Program-made: the position numbers and the translations under genes | Origin: an uncultured bacterium | GTDB lineage: Bacteria > Fidelibacterota > Marinisomatia > Marinisomatales > AB-629-J13 | Assembly: GCA_964496365.1 (NCBI GenBank) | Contig: CAZBZK010000001.1 | Span: 18,254-82,253, forward strand | Length of the DNA stretch: 64,000 nucleotides | Direction: 5' to 3' | The notes under the pieces: model-generated | What the model was told of the DNA's origin: nothing | Seen by the model: the letters and a program-made list of their open reading frames with translations, nothing else | Database searches by the model: none | Part shown: positions 16,896-27,168 of the stretch, one piece after another | Layout of the letters: every line of letters begins with the position of its first letter | Position numbering within the stretch: position 1 is the first letter of the stretch

Positions 16896-19592
16896 TTATA
16901 ATTCTGCTTGGGCTGCTGCCAAGCGGGCAATAGGAACCCGAAAGGGTGAACAACTCACATAGTCCAATCCGTTTTCTTTGCAAAAATGTATAGAATCTGG
17001 ATCTCCTCCGTGTTCTCCGCAAATTCCAATTTTTAATTTTGGATTTACGTCTCGTCCAAGTTTAACCCCCATAGAAACCAGTTTCCCCACACCTCGTATG
17101 TCTAAAGACTGAAATGGATCGTGAGGAAGAATGTTTTTGTCTAAATATTCCGGAAGAAAAGACCCTATATCATCTCGGCTAAAACCATACGTGGTTTGAG
17201 TGAGATCATTTGTACCAAAACTGAAAAACTCAGCCTGTTTAGCAATTTCATCGGCTGTTAAACAAGCACGTGGAAGTTCGATCATTGTACCCACAAGATA
17301 TTCAAACTTGACTCCTGTTGACTTAAAAACATTTGTTGCTACCTTTCTAATAATAGTTTCTTGATGAGAAAACTCCGTTACAGTACCCACCAACGGAATC
17401 ATAATTTCGGGGAAAACCAATCTACCTTCTTTTGTCAGTTCTGCGGTCGCTTCCAAAATTGCCCTTGCCTGCGTTTCAGTAATTTCAGGATAGGCGATGC
17501 CAAGCCTGCATCCACGATGTCCCAACATAGGATTCAGCTCATGGAGATTGGAAATTCGTTTTTGCACACCCATTTTATTTTTGCCCACATGATCTGCAAG
17601 TTCTGAAATTTGTTCTTCATTTAGTGTCATAAACTCATGAAGCGGTGGATCCAAAAGCCGAATAGTAACGGGCTTCCCTTCCATGGCAGTTAAAATGCCT
17701 TTAAAATCCTCTTTTTGAAAAGGAAGCAGTTCCATGACAGCTGATCTCCTGTCTGATTCGTTGTCTGCTATGATCATTTTTCTAACTGCTAAAATTCGTG
17801 ACTCATCAAAAAACATGTGTTCTGTTCTGCACAATCCAATTCCCTCTGCTCCAAAGGCAACTGCTTGAATAGCATCTTCCGGTGTATCTGCATTGGTTCT
17901 GATTTTTAATTGACGAATTTCATCAGACCATTTCATCAATATTTTATATTCCGGGTGTGTATCTGGATTTGTAGGAATTAAATTTATTTTCCCCTCATAA
18001 ATATTTCCTTTTGTCCCGTTCATGGTGATCCAATCGCCTTCTTCGAGTGTTTTTCCATTTATAGAAGCCGTGCGATTTTTTATGTCAATATGAAGATCAC
18101 CACATCCAACAATACAACATTTCCCCCATCCTCTTGCCACTAAGGCAGCGTGAGATGTCATCCCTCCTTTAGCAGTAAGTATCGCTTCAGATGCATGCAT
18201 CCCATGTACGTCTTCCGGTGATGTTTCTTCTCTGATTAGAATTACTTTTTTACCACTATTTCGTTGTTCTTCTGCGTCATCTGCAGTAAACACAATCTGT
18301 CCCGATGCCCCTCCGGGTCCCGCAGGCAATCCTTTTCCCAATAAAACCGATTTTTTTTCACTTTCAATATCTAACATGGGATGAAGAAGCTCATCCAATT
18401 GTTCAGGTTTCACCCGCATAATAGCAACGTTTTTATCAATCATCTTTTCGTTTACCATATCTACAGCCATTTTAATAGCAGCGGAGCCGGTTCGTTTTCC
18501 TACTCGAGTTTGAAGCATCCATAGTCTTCCTTCTTGAATAGTAAACTCAATGTCCTGCATGTCTGAATAATGAGTTTCAAGAACCGTGCGAATATCCGAT
18601 AATTGGTGATAAATGTCCGGGATTGTTGATTCTAAAGATGGTAGATTTTGGCTGTCATGTGTTTTTGTATTTTCATTTAGAGGGTTTGGCGTTCGTAAAC
18701 CTGCAACCACATCTTCTCCCTGGGCATTGGATAACCATTCCCCATAAAATTGATTTTCGCCTGTAGCAGGATTCCGTGTAAAAGCAACACCAGTTGCTGA
18801 TTGTTCTCCCATGTTTCCAAACACCATTGCTTGTACATTAACTGCCGTTCCCCATTCTTGAGGAATGTTCTCTATTTTTCGATAACTGACAGCTCGGGTT
18901 CCATTCCAGCTTTCAAACACAGCTTTTATTCCACCCCATAATTGTTCTAAAGGGTCATCGGGAAATTCATTTTTTAGTCTTGACTTAACTTCATTTTTAA
19001 ACTGTTCAGATAATAGTTGTAGGTCATCAGCAGAAAGGTCCGTGTCGTTTTTAACGTTTTTCTTTTTTTTGAAATCACTTAAAATAGATTCGAGGTTTTG
19101 CCTGATTCCTTGTCCTTCTTTTGGTTCGATTCCTGCTGCTTTTTCCATAACCACATCAGCATACATGGTGATAAGCCGGCGGTAAGCGTCATATACAAAT
19201 TTTGGGTTGTTGGTTTTTTTTATCAAGCCGGGAATAGTGTTTGAAGTAAGCCCAATATTTAAAACGGTTTCCATCATTCCCGGCATCGACTGCCTTGCTC
19301 CTGATCTAACCGAAAGCAAAAGGGGATTGTTTTTGTCTCCAAATCCGGAGTTCATAATACGTTTAATTTGAGTAATGGCTTGCATGAGTTGTGGATTCAA
19401 TTCATCAGGAAAAACGTGGTCATTTTGATCATAATAGGTACAGACATCTGTGGTGATGGTAAACCCTGGAGGAACCGGGATTCCAAGGTGGGTCATTTCC
19501 GCTAAATTAGCTCCTTTTCCCCCTAATAAATTCTTCATTTTTGCATTTCCATCGGCACGACCTTTGCCAAAAAAATAGACGTATTTGTTCAT
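16896..19592 (-). CDS. ppdK: Pyruvate, phosphate dikinase
   Basis: 898 aa with N-terminal GGKGANLAEM, phosphohistidine region GGMTSHAALVARGWGK and a C-terminal PEP-utilising block (FFSFGTNDLTQ). Confidence 0.95.
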   Translation of the reverse strand: MNKYVYFFGKGRADGNAKMKNLLGGKGANLAEMTHLGIPVPPGFTITTDVCTYYDQNDHVFPDELNPQLMQAITQIKRIMNSGFGDKNNPLLLSVRSGARQSMPGMMETVLNIGLTSNTIPGLIKKTNNPKFVYDAYRRLITMYADVVMEKAAGIEPKEGQGIRQNLESILSDFKKKKNVKNDTDLSADDLQLLSEQFKNEVKSRLKNEFPDDPLEQLWGGIKAVFESWNGTRAVSYRKIENIPQEWGTAVNVQAMVFGNMGEQSATGVAFTRNPATGENQFYGEWLSNAQGEDVVAGLRTPNPLNENTKTHDSQNLPSLESTIPDIYHQLSDIRTVLETHYSDMQDIEFTIQEGRLWMLQTRVGKRTGSAAIKMAVDMVNEKMIDKNVAIMRVKPEQLDELLHPMLDIESEKKSVLLGKGLPAGPGGASGQIVFTADDAEEQRNSGKKVILIREETSPEDVHGMHASEAILTAKGGMTSHAALVARGWGKCCIVGCGDLHIDIKNRTASINGKTLEEGDWITMNGTKGNIYEGKINLIPTNPDTHPEYKILMKWSDEIRQLKIRTNADTPEDAIQAVAFGAEGIGLCRTEHMFFDESRILAVRKMIIADNESDRRSAVMELLPFQKEDFKGILTAMEGKPVTIRLLDPPLHEFMTLNEEQISELADHVGKNKMGVQKRISNLHELNPMLGHRGCRLGIAYPEITETQARAILEATAELTKEGRLVFPEIMIPLVGTVTEFSHQETIIRKVATNVFKSTGVKFEYLVGTMIELPRACLTADEIAKQAEFFSFGTNDLTQTTYGFSRDDIGSFLPEYLDKNILPHDPFQSLDIRGVGKLVSMGVKLGRDVNPKLKIGICGEHGGDPDSIHFCKENGLDYVSCSPFRVPIARLAAAQAEL

Positions 19593-20145
19593 TGATATCC
19601 CTTTAGTATAAAATCTACATAAAAATTGGGCAGGAATTTAAGGAGGTCTTATAATTGTAAGTAGGTTTAATGGATATAAATTAGTAACTGCACAAACCGA
19701 TCATTCTTACACATATTTGTAAAAATAACTATAAAACTTGTTGAACCGTAACTATTTTAAAATTAGCATTTTTTTGGAAATTGTTTTTTTGTTTTCTATA
19801 TTGTTATTTTTAATTACCTTTACAGGTTTTTTATCAACAGAAACGCCCTTGAAGGAACTTCCCATCTGTTAAATGTAAACCTTACTTCTTTGAGCCCACC
19901 TTCTTTATCCACATCAGAAATCTAATAGGTATCAGAATATCTAATATATTATCCTTGGTGGCTAATATTTGACTTTATTCCTTTCTTTTTATTATTACTA
20001 AATCAGTAGAGAAGCATAAGAACCGGACTTGTGCTAATCCCGTACTGAATGAAGTTGATGACCTCAATCCGATGTCTATGGAACAAGAAACCGAATTGTT
20101 TATCTCTAAGAAAAAGCAGTATAATTATCGTATTTTCATGGTTAT

Positions 20146-21690
20146 ATGCGGTTTTGTTTTTTCAATTTTTTTGCTGTTTTTATACTTTCTTTTTTTATAG
20201 GGTGTTCATCTGATCAGAAAAAAGATGGATTACGTTTGGCTCTTTCTGCAGATATCAGGGGGTTCGATCCGGCTTTAGCAGTTGATGTGCGTAGCGGAAA
20301 ACTTATATCTCTGGTTTATGACAACCTAGTACATTTTGGTGATAGCACAAACTTAATTCCCGGACTTTCTTCGCAATGGAGTCTTTCAGATAATAGAATA
20401 GAATATCGTTTTTTACTTGAGAAGAATGCATACTTTCATGATGGAAGCCCCATAACTGCACAAGATGTGGTTTTTTCATTTGAGCGCATTTTAAATTCTG
20501 AAACACTTTCTCCTCAGCGGTGGTTGTTTACCCGAATTGAAGGTGCTGATGAGTTTATGGATGGCACTATTTCTTCGGTCAGAGGACTTATTGCAGAAAA
20601 TGATAGTTCGTTAATCCTTCGTCTAAAAAATCCCTTTTCGCCATTTATTCAATATTTGGCAATGCCGTCAGCATCAATAGTAAATTATAGACAAACAAAA
20701 AATATAAAAGAATTTCCAGCTGGAAGTGGTCCTTGGATGCTTTCAAAATGGGAACGAGATGGAGAAATACACTTGATTCGAAATCAAAATTATTGGGGAG
20801 TCAAACCAAAAGAAAAAACATTGACGTTTAGAATTCTCTCAGAAGCTATGACACAGTCAGCAGAATTTGAAGCCGGGAATCTTGATTTTATTGATATACC
20901 CTCTACTGAGTTTCACAGATGGACATCCCATCCAAATTGGAGTAGTCGTGTGATTCATCATGAAGACTTAAATAGTTGGTATATTGGATTGAATTGTTCA
21001 AGACCGCCTTTTAACGATGTACGGATTAGGAAAGCAATGAACCTCTCGATAGACAGAGAAAAACATCTTCAACTGCTTATTCCCGGTGGAACGTTAGCCG
21101 GGAGTGCCATTCCTCCCGCATTAATGAGGGGGGATAAAGCCGATCCTTACCCCTTTGACCCTGAACAAGCCCTGCGTCTCCTTGAGGTATCAGGATATTC
21201 AAACGGATTTTCAACCGAATTGTGGGTTGGAGGTGGTTCGGAAATGTTTCACGTGCTGGAAGCTTTTCAATCTGATTGGGCTTCTGTGGGAATAAATGTT
21301 ACTTTACTTCGGAGAGATTGGAATGTGTTTAAATCTGCAATAAAAAGGGGGCAGCCACCAATGTATTATTTAAACTGGACTGCGGATTATCCTGATGCTG
21401 AAAACTTTTTATTTCCTTTGTTTTTTTCAACAGAATCCATGTCAAAAAGAAACCGATATTCAAATCCTAAATTGGATAATCTAATCCTTAAAATTCAATC
21501 GGTTTCAAATGACAGCAATAGGATGAGTCTGGTTCGAGAAGCAAATGACATACTTCACCATGATGTGCCTTGGGTTTTCCTTTGGCATAAGGGAAGTTAT
21601 TCCATGACTCAACACCATATTTCAGGCTATGTTCCGAAACTAGTCTTTAATGCTGAAAGATTTATTCATTGGGTAAAGGACGATGGGTAA
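20146..21690 (+). CDS. ABC transporter substrate-binding lipoprotein, family 5 (peptide/nickel/glutathione type)
   Basis: Lipoprotein signal (FFIGCSS). 514 aa with family-5 SBP features (WxxxDxxTYxFxLR-like: WSLSDNRIEYRFLL; C-terminal NWTADYPD). Confidence 0.85.
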   Translation: MRFCFFNFFAVFILSFFIGCSSDQKKDGLRLALSADIRGFDPALAVDVRSGKLISLVYDNLVHFGDSTNLIPGLSSQWSLSDNRIEYRFLLEKNAYFHDGSPITAQDVVFSFERILNSETLSPQRWLFTRIEGADEFMDGTISSVRGLIAENDSSLILRLKNPFSPFIQYLAMPSASIVNYRQTKNIKEFPAGSGPWMLSKWERDGEIHLIRNQNYWGVKPKEKTLTFRILSEAMTQSAEFEAGNLDFIDIPSTEFHRWTSHPNWSSRVIHHEDLNSWYIGLNCSRPPFNDVRIRKAMNLSIDREKHLQLLIPGGTLAGSAIPPALMRGDKADPYPFDPEQALRLLEVSGYSNGFSTELWVGGGSEMFHVLEAFQSDWASVGINVTLLRRDWNVFKSAIKRGQPPMYYLNWTADYPDAENFLFPLFFSTESMSKRNRYSNPKLDNLILKIQSVSNDSNRMSLVREANDILHHDVPWVFLWHKGSYSMTQHHISGYVPKLVFNAERFIHWVKDDG

Positions 21691-22612
21691 ATTTATAGTT
21701 AAGAGAATTCTTCAAACTATACCTGTTGTTTTGGGCGTATTGGTCATCTCATTTTTTCTCATGGTTATTCTTCCGGGAGACCCTGTGTTATCCATGGTTG
21801 GGGAACGGTATGATGAAAAAACCGTAACACTCATGAAAGAGCAGTTGAACATAGATCAACCGGTAGCAAGCCGCTTATTACAGTTTGTTATTAATGTTTC
21901 AAAAGGAAATCTTGGGAATTCTTTTATCACCGGAAAGCCAGTATTAAAGGAACTGATTGACAAATTCCCAAATACATTTCTTTTGGCTTTAGGTGCAATG
22001 GTTATCGCCATTTTGGTTGGAGTCTCCCTAGGGGTTTGGTCATCATTAGCTCCGGGTTCGTGGAAAGATAAACTCATCATGGTTTTAGCTTTAACCGGTA
22101 TTTCTGCTCCGGTTTTTTGGGTGGGGCTTGTATTTGTTTTGGTGTTTGGTGTTTATTTGGGTTGGTTACCTCCAACAGGATATGGAGGAATTGAATACTT
22201 AATTCTTCCTGCACTCACACTGGGACTTCGATCCGCTGCACAAATAACACGCCTTACCCGCTCATCCATGCTGGATACAATGGGGCAGGATTTTATTCTC
22301 ACAGCTCGAGCAAAAAAATTACCACAGTGGAACATTGTTTTGAAACACGCCATTCCAAATTCTCTTATTCCTGTCTTGACAGTTATTGGTACTGATTTTG
22401 GCAGTTATTTGTCCGGTGCGGTCCTTACTGAATCAATTTTTGGGTGGCCCGGAATGGGCAGATTAGCCCTCGAAGCTATTTTAAAACGAGATTTTCCCAT
22501 CATTCAGGGCACGGTTCTATTTATGGCAATGATGTTCATTATTGTGAACCTTATTATCGATATTTTGTACGGAGTTATTGACCCCCGAATTAGAGCCAAT
22601 AGGGAAACATAA
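21683..22612 (+). CDS. ABC transporter permease (DppB/OppB-like)
   Basis: N-terminal FIVKRILQTIPVVLGV and the EAA-loop region. It overlaps the SBP gene by 8 nt. Confidence 0.9.
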   Translation: MGKFIVKRILQTIPVVLGVLVISFFLMVILPGDPVLSMVGERYDEKTVTLMKEQLNIDQPVASRLLQFVINVSKGNLGNSFITGKPVLKELIDKFPNTFLLALGAMVIAILVGVSLGVWSSLAPGSWKDKLIMVLALTGISAPVFWVGLVFVLVFGVYLGWLPPTGYGGIEYLILPALTLGLRSAAQITRLTRSSMLDTMGQDFILTARAKKLPQWNIVLKHAIPNSLIPVLTVIGTDFGSYLSGAVLTESIFGWPGMGRLALEAILKRDFPIIQGTVLFMAMMFIIVNLIIDILYGVIDPRIRANRET

Positions 22613-23616
22613 TGAAAAAACTTAAATCCAATAACCTTTTCTCAATTCAACTAATGTTAGGTTTCTCTTTGGTTTTTTTAATGGTGTCATCTGGGATCAT
22701 GGCTCCTATGATTTCGCCATCTCCACCCCACACTCAAATCCTTGAATTTAGAAACAAACCTCCCGGCTTTTCTGGAACAGTTATTTATTTTCGTCATAAG
22801 ATAAACTTGCCCATTCAATCGGTTGCTGTACAGTCTTTTAAAAAGGAGACAGAAGGTGTATTTTATACGGATTTTTTAAATCGATCCTTTTTTCTACCCA
22901 ACAATAAACTTGAAAAAGAATGGGTAAAAACATTTACATTTCTCTTGGGAGCAGATCAATTTGGCAGAGACGTGTTGTCCCGAATTATTTACGGGGCTCG
23001 AATTTCTCTTTTGGTCGGAGTATGTGCCAGTACCATTTCCATTTTAATTGGGGTTTTGTTCGGTGGGGTTGCCGGATTTTTTGGTAGCTGGACTGAAACA
23101 ATACTCATGAGGATAACTGACATGATGTTTGGTTTTCCTGTTCTTTTGTTTCTTATATCTATTACTGTTATTTTTAAACCAAGCTTAACGGTTCTGTTTG
23201 TCGCCATCGGTTTGGTATCTTGGCCCGGGGCTGCAAGACTTGTACGAGGTCAGGTTTTGTCGGTTAAATCCCAAGAATATATATTGGCTGCCAGAACGAT
23301 GGGAATTTCTTCAGGTAGAATATTATGGCGTCACATATTTCCAAATTGTCTATCACCGGTGATTATTATTTATGCCTTGGGGGTTGGTTCTGCAGTGTTG
23401 GCTGAAGCAGGGCTATCTTTTCTTGGTTTGGGTGCACAGCCTCCTATACCCAGTTGGGGCTCAATGATAAACTTAGGAAAGGATTTCATCCGAGTTGCTC
23501 CTTGGATCTCCATCGCTCCCGGTGTTGCCATTGCCTTGACGGTTTTGGGCTTTAACCTTGTTGGAGATAGTTTAAGAGATTATTTTGACCCACGCATGGA
23601 AACTAAAATAAATTGA
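22612..23616 (+). CDS. ABC transporter permease (DppC/OppC-like)
   Basis: Motifs GADQFGRDVLSRIIYGARISL and the EAA loop (ARTMGISSGRILWRHIFPN). 1-nt overlap with the upstream permease. Confidence 0.9.
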   Translation: MKKLKSNNLFSIQLMLGFSLVFLMVSSGIMAPMISPSPPHTQILEFRNKPPGFSGTVIYFRHKINLPIQSVAVQSFKKETEGVFYTDFLNRSFFLPNNKLEKEWVKTFTFLLGADQFGRDVLSRIIYGARISLLVGVCASTISILIGVLFGGVAGFFGSWTETILMRITDMMFGFPVLLFLISITVIFKPSLTVLFVAIGLVSWPGAARLVRGQVLSVKSQEYILAARTMGISSGRILWRHIFPNCLSPVIIIYALGVGSAVLAEAGLSFLGLGAQPPIPSWGSMINLGKDFIRVAPWISIAPGVAIALTVLGFNLVGDSLRDYFDPRMETKIN

Positions 23617-24152
23617 AATTGCTAAAAAAATTAATCGAAAACTATCACCGTGTTTATCCAAACGAAAAAGCACCCATGGAAATGTTGAGGTATCTCAGAT
23701 CAGAATCCAATGTGTTTTCAAATATCAATTATAACGGCCACTTTACCGGGTCTGGTTGGGTGGTGAATAGGTCTCGAAACCAACTGTTAATGACTCATCA
23801 TAAAAAGATTGGGAAATGGCTCCAGCTCGGAGGACATGCCGACGGAGAATCAAACCTTTTTTTAGTTGCAAAACGTGAGGTGAACGAAGAATCCGGTTTA
23901 ACTAAATTTCATGCGATGAGTGAAGAAATTTTTGACCTGGATATTCACACAATACCGGCTTTAAATTCAGAACCTGCTCACATTCATTACGACGTTCGAT
24001 TTCTGTTTGAAGCATCCTCAGAATCAGAAAAAATTACTGTATCAAATGAGTCCCTTGATGTAGCATGGGTTCCCATAGAGAATGTAGTGAAATTGAATCC
24101 GGAAAAATCTATGAGTAGAATGATTAAAAAAACAAAACTTCTAAAGAGATGA
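23613..24152 (+). CDS. NUDIX hydrolase
   Basis: Nudix box GGHADGESNLFLVAKREVNEESGL. TTG start overlapping the permease stop (TTGA). Confidence 0.75.
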   Translation: MKLLKKLIENYHRVYPNEKAPMEMLRYLRSESNVFSNINYNGHFTGSGWVVNRSRNQLLMTHHKKIGKWLQLGGHADGESNLFLVAKREVNEESGLTKFHAMSEEIFDLDIHTIPALNSEPAHIHYDVRFLFEASSESEKITVSNESLDVAWVPIENVVKLNPEKSMSRMIKKTKLLKR

Positions 24153-25459
24153 TTCTAACCTTAGAAATACTTAAAGATGAAATACAAAAAGTAATTTTAT
24201 CCAATCTCCGACCCCCTTCTGAACGACGTGTAGGGTTGGAAGTTGAAACCATTTTTTATAATAATAATCTATGCAGGATTCCTGTCAACAGAGGACAAAA
24301 TTATTCTGCATCAGATTTAATGGGAGATCTTTTATCTTTACAATCAAAAGACAGATATCCACCCACTTATTCACTTGAACCGGGAGGCCAACTTGAATGG
24401 GCATCTTCTCCCTTTGTTTCTCTTCATGATATTAATTCACAATTTCAAAATCACGTAAACTTATTAGAAAACCTATGTATCCAACACAATCTTATACCTA
24501 TTGATTTATCAGTAGAGCCACTTTATAATCCTGATGAGATTGGGTTAATAAATATGAAAAAGTATCATCTTATGAATGATCGGTTTTTGTCTACTGGAAA
24601 TCTTGGAAAATGGATGATGAGGAACACAGCTTCAGTTCAGGTTAACATTGATTTTGTTAATAAAAAAGATGCTGAAGAAATGGCCTTTGTCGCCGACTGT
24701 CTTCAGCCCTTCTGTTCTTTACTTTTTTCCCACTCTCCGTTTATGAACAGCCATCCTGCTTTAAATGAAAATTTTCGTCTTCAAATTTGGAACGACACAG
24801 ATGGTTCTCGTTGTGGGTGTTTATTCGAACACGGCATCGACACTAATAATCTGATATCCTCCTATAATGATTACCTTTTGAAAGTCCCTGCAATATTTAT
24901 TCAAGCTAAAAATTCAGAGGTTGAACCTTTTGACGGAACGTTAGGAGAATGGCTTTATAATAAAAAAACACTTGATAGGTTAACTAATGAAAACATCCAA
25001 TCTGTATTGCACCAAATATTTACTCATGTTCGATTTAAAAATGTACTGGAAGTTCGAGGGGCAGACAGGCCTCCTTTTGGGTTCGAACTTGCCCCTGCCG
25101 CCTTTTGGTGTGGACTTCTAACGGCAGAAAAAACAAGAGACGAGCTTTTTGAGAGAGTTCAAGAATGGTCAAGTGCAGAAAAACTGAGCTTAGTTAAATC
25201 TTCTGAAAAACTGGATTTAAACAAACTTGGTCCTGAAGGAAAATCTTTCAGTCAATGGCTTTCCATCATTTCTGATTACGCCATTCAGGGGTTAGATGAA
25301 CGTGCTGTCTTTTTTAATATAAAATCTGAAAGGAAATATCTTGAGCCATTTTTAGAACAAGCTCTTTCTGGGCTCTGGACGTTTAAAGTGCAACACTATT
25401 TTAAAAAAAGCGGCCAAAATATTAAAGGGTTTTTACTGAACTCTTACTCAAAAAAATAG
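24149..25459 (+). CDS. Glutamate--cysteine ligase family protein (GCS2 / plant-type / EgtA-like)
   Basis: The pattern VGLEVET...LEPGGQLEWAS...MMRNTASVQVNID...FSHSPF...HQIFTHVRFKNVLEVRGAD matches the GCS2 family signature regions. ATGA overlap with the NUDIX gene. Confidence 0.7.
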   Translation: MILTLEILKDEIQKVILSNLRPPSERRVGLEVETIFYNNNLCRIPVNRGQNYSASDLMGDLLSLQSKDRYPPTYSLEPGGQLEWASSPFVSLHDINSQFQNHVNLLENLCIQHNLIPIDLSVEPLYNPDEIGLINMKKYHLMNDRFLSTGNLGKWMMRNTASVQVNIDFVNKKDAEEMAFVADCLQPFCSLLFSHSPFMNSHPALNENFRLQIWNDTDGSRCGCLFEHGIDTNNLISSYNDYLLKVPAIFIQAKNSEVEPFDGTLGEWLYNKKTLDRLTNENIQSVLHQIFTHVRFKNVLEVRGADRPPFGFELAPAAFWCGLLTAEKTRDELFERVQEWSSAEKLSLVKSSEKLDLNKLGPEGKSFSQWLSIISDYAIQGLDERAVFFNIKSERKYLEPFLEQALSGLWTFKVQHYFKKSGQNIKGFLLNSYSKK

Positions 25460-25472
25460 GGACGTATTTCAG

Positions 25473-26198
25473 TTGAAAAAGCCATTAATCGGACTCAATC
25501 CTTATTTATTTCATTATCGCAATTCGCTTTGGAACGCAACCAAGGAAACCTATTATAATGCCGTATGGAAAACAGGAGGGTTGCCTGTTACCATTCACCA
25601 TTCTTTAGCAAGCGTTTCAATCAATGCAATAGCAGACACTCTTGATGGTTTAATCATGGTCGGCGGTCCAGACCTTCCTTGTAATATGTATGAAGGAAAA
25701 TATCCTGAATTGTTGGATAAAGACGTAATGCTTCCCGCAAGAGAATCCTTCGACCGAGCTGTTTTTTTGGCTATGAAAAAATTGAGAAAACCAATTCTAA
25801 GCATTTGTGTTGGCACTCAACATATAAATGTCATTTATGGCGGATCATTGTACGAAGATATTAACGTCTTGATGCAAACTCCATTGGACCATGGTGAATT
25901 TAATGGGAGTGTTTCGTTTCATTCTGTAATTATAGAAAAAAATAGTTTCATCTACTCTGTTATCAAAAAACAAACCATAAACGTTGCCAGCACCCATCAT
26001 CAAGGAATCAACACATTAGGAGAGGGTCTTTCTGTTTCCAGCATTGCTCCTGATGGATTGATTGAAGCAATAGAGGATACCAAAAACCCAGATTCATTTA
26101 TTGCAGTACAGTGGCACCCTGAAATAATGTATGACGACGAGGATCAATTAAAACTATTTAAGTGGGTCTGTGGACGTAAAATTGGTAGCGGTATTTAA
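25473..26198 (+). CDS. Class-I glutamine amidotransferase-like gamma-glutamyl hydrolase (peptidase C26, PuuD-like)
   Basis: Nucleophile region ILSICVGTQHIN and the His-Glu motif VQWHPE. Confidence 0.8.
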   Translation: MKKPLIGLNPYLFHYRNSLWNATKETYYNAVWKTGGLPVTIHHSLASVSINAIADTLDGLIMVGGPDLPCNMYEGKYPELLDKDVMLPARESFDRAVFLAMKKLRKPILSICVGTQHINVIYGGSLYEDINVLMQTPLDHGEFNGSVSFHSVIIEKNSFIYSVIKKQTINVASTHHQGINTLGEGLSVSSIAPDGLIEAIEDTKNPDSFIAVQWHPEIMYDDEDQLKLFKWVCGRKIGSGI

Positions 26199-26222
26199 AA
26201 ATCTTACAAATACATTTACTTT

Positions 26223-27047
26223 TTAAATCAATATTCGGTTTTGATAATCTTCAAATGCTTTTAGTACCTCGCTTTTTGTGTTCATCACAAACGGTCCTCC
26301 TCTGGCTACCGGTTCGTTTAAGGGTTCACCGGCTACTAAAATAATCCGAAGTCCTGTCATTCCAGATTGCCATTTAACATCACCTTTCTGATTATAAACC
26401 TGTAATTCTCCTTTAATACGTGTTTGGGGTAACACCATGCTCCCTTCATAAATATAACTGAAACAGTTCCAACTGTCTGGTATTTTACAGAAAAACTCTT
26501 TTCCATGATTCAATTGGATATCTAAATACAGAAATCCTGTATGTGATTTTCCCGGGCCCGAAATTCCATTAAATTCGCCTGAAATTATTTTCACTATTCC
26601 ATCTGAAACCTCAACAACAGGAATCTGGGATCTTGGAATATCTTGATAGCTGGGTTCTATCATTTTCAACCGTTTTGGTAAATTCAACCACAATTGAAAT
26701 CCCCGAGCGAGACCCTTCTTTTGAATTGGCATTTCACTGTGAACAATTCCTTTTCCAGCCGTCATCCATTGAACGGACCCGTCTTCTAACAATCCTTCAT
26801 TTCCAGCGGAGTCCTTGTGGTGCCATTTTCCGTTCAAGATGTAGGTTATGGTTTCAAATCCTCGATGAGGATGGGGAGGAAATCCACCTCTATAATCTTG
26901 GGGGTTGTTGCTTCCAAATTCATCCAAAAGTAAAAATGGGTCCAGCATGTTTAGCCTTGGACCCCCGATGATTCGGGTCAAACACACTCCATCACCATCC
27001 ATCGTTTGGCTACCATTAATGGATTGGATAATTTTTCTATCTTTCAT
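26223..27047 (-). CDS. Pirin-family (bicupin) protein
   Basis: Metal-binding cupin motif GFPPHPHRGFETITYIL...WMTAGKGIVHSE. 274 aa. Confidence 0.85.
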   Translation of the reverse strand: MKDRKIIQSINGSQTMDGDGVCLTRIIGGPRLNMLDPFLLLDEFGSNNPQDYRGGFPPHPHRGFETITYILNGKWHHKDSAGNEGLLEDGSVQWMTAGKGIVHSEMPIQKKGLARGFQLWLNLPKRLKMIEPSYQDIPRSQIPVVEVSDGIVKIISGEFNGISGPGKSHTGFLYLDIQLNHGKEFFCKIPDSWNCFSYIYEGSMVLPQTRIKGELQVYNQKGDVKWQSGMTGLRIILVAGEPLNEPVARGGPFVMNTKSEVLKAFEDYQNRILI

Positions 27048-27168
27048 TTATTCAATATTATTACAATAAACAATCTAGTTTCTAAACATATTATTTTATT
27101 ACAGACTTTGGTTTTTTCATAATGGATTCATTTTTGTCATTATAGAATTACAGTGTTAAGTTCGACGG

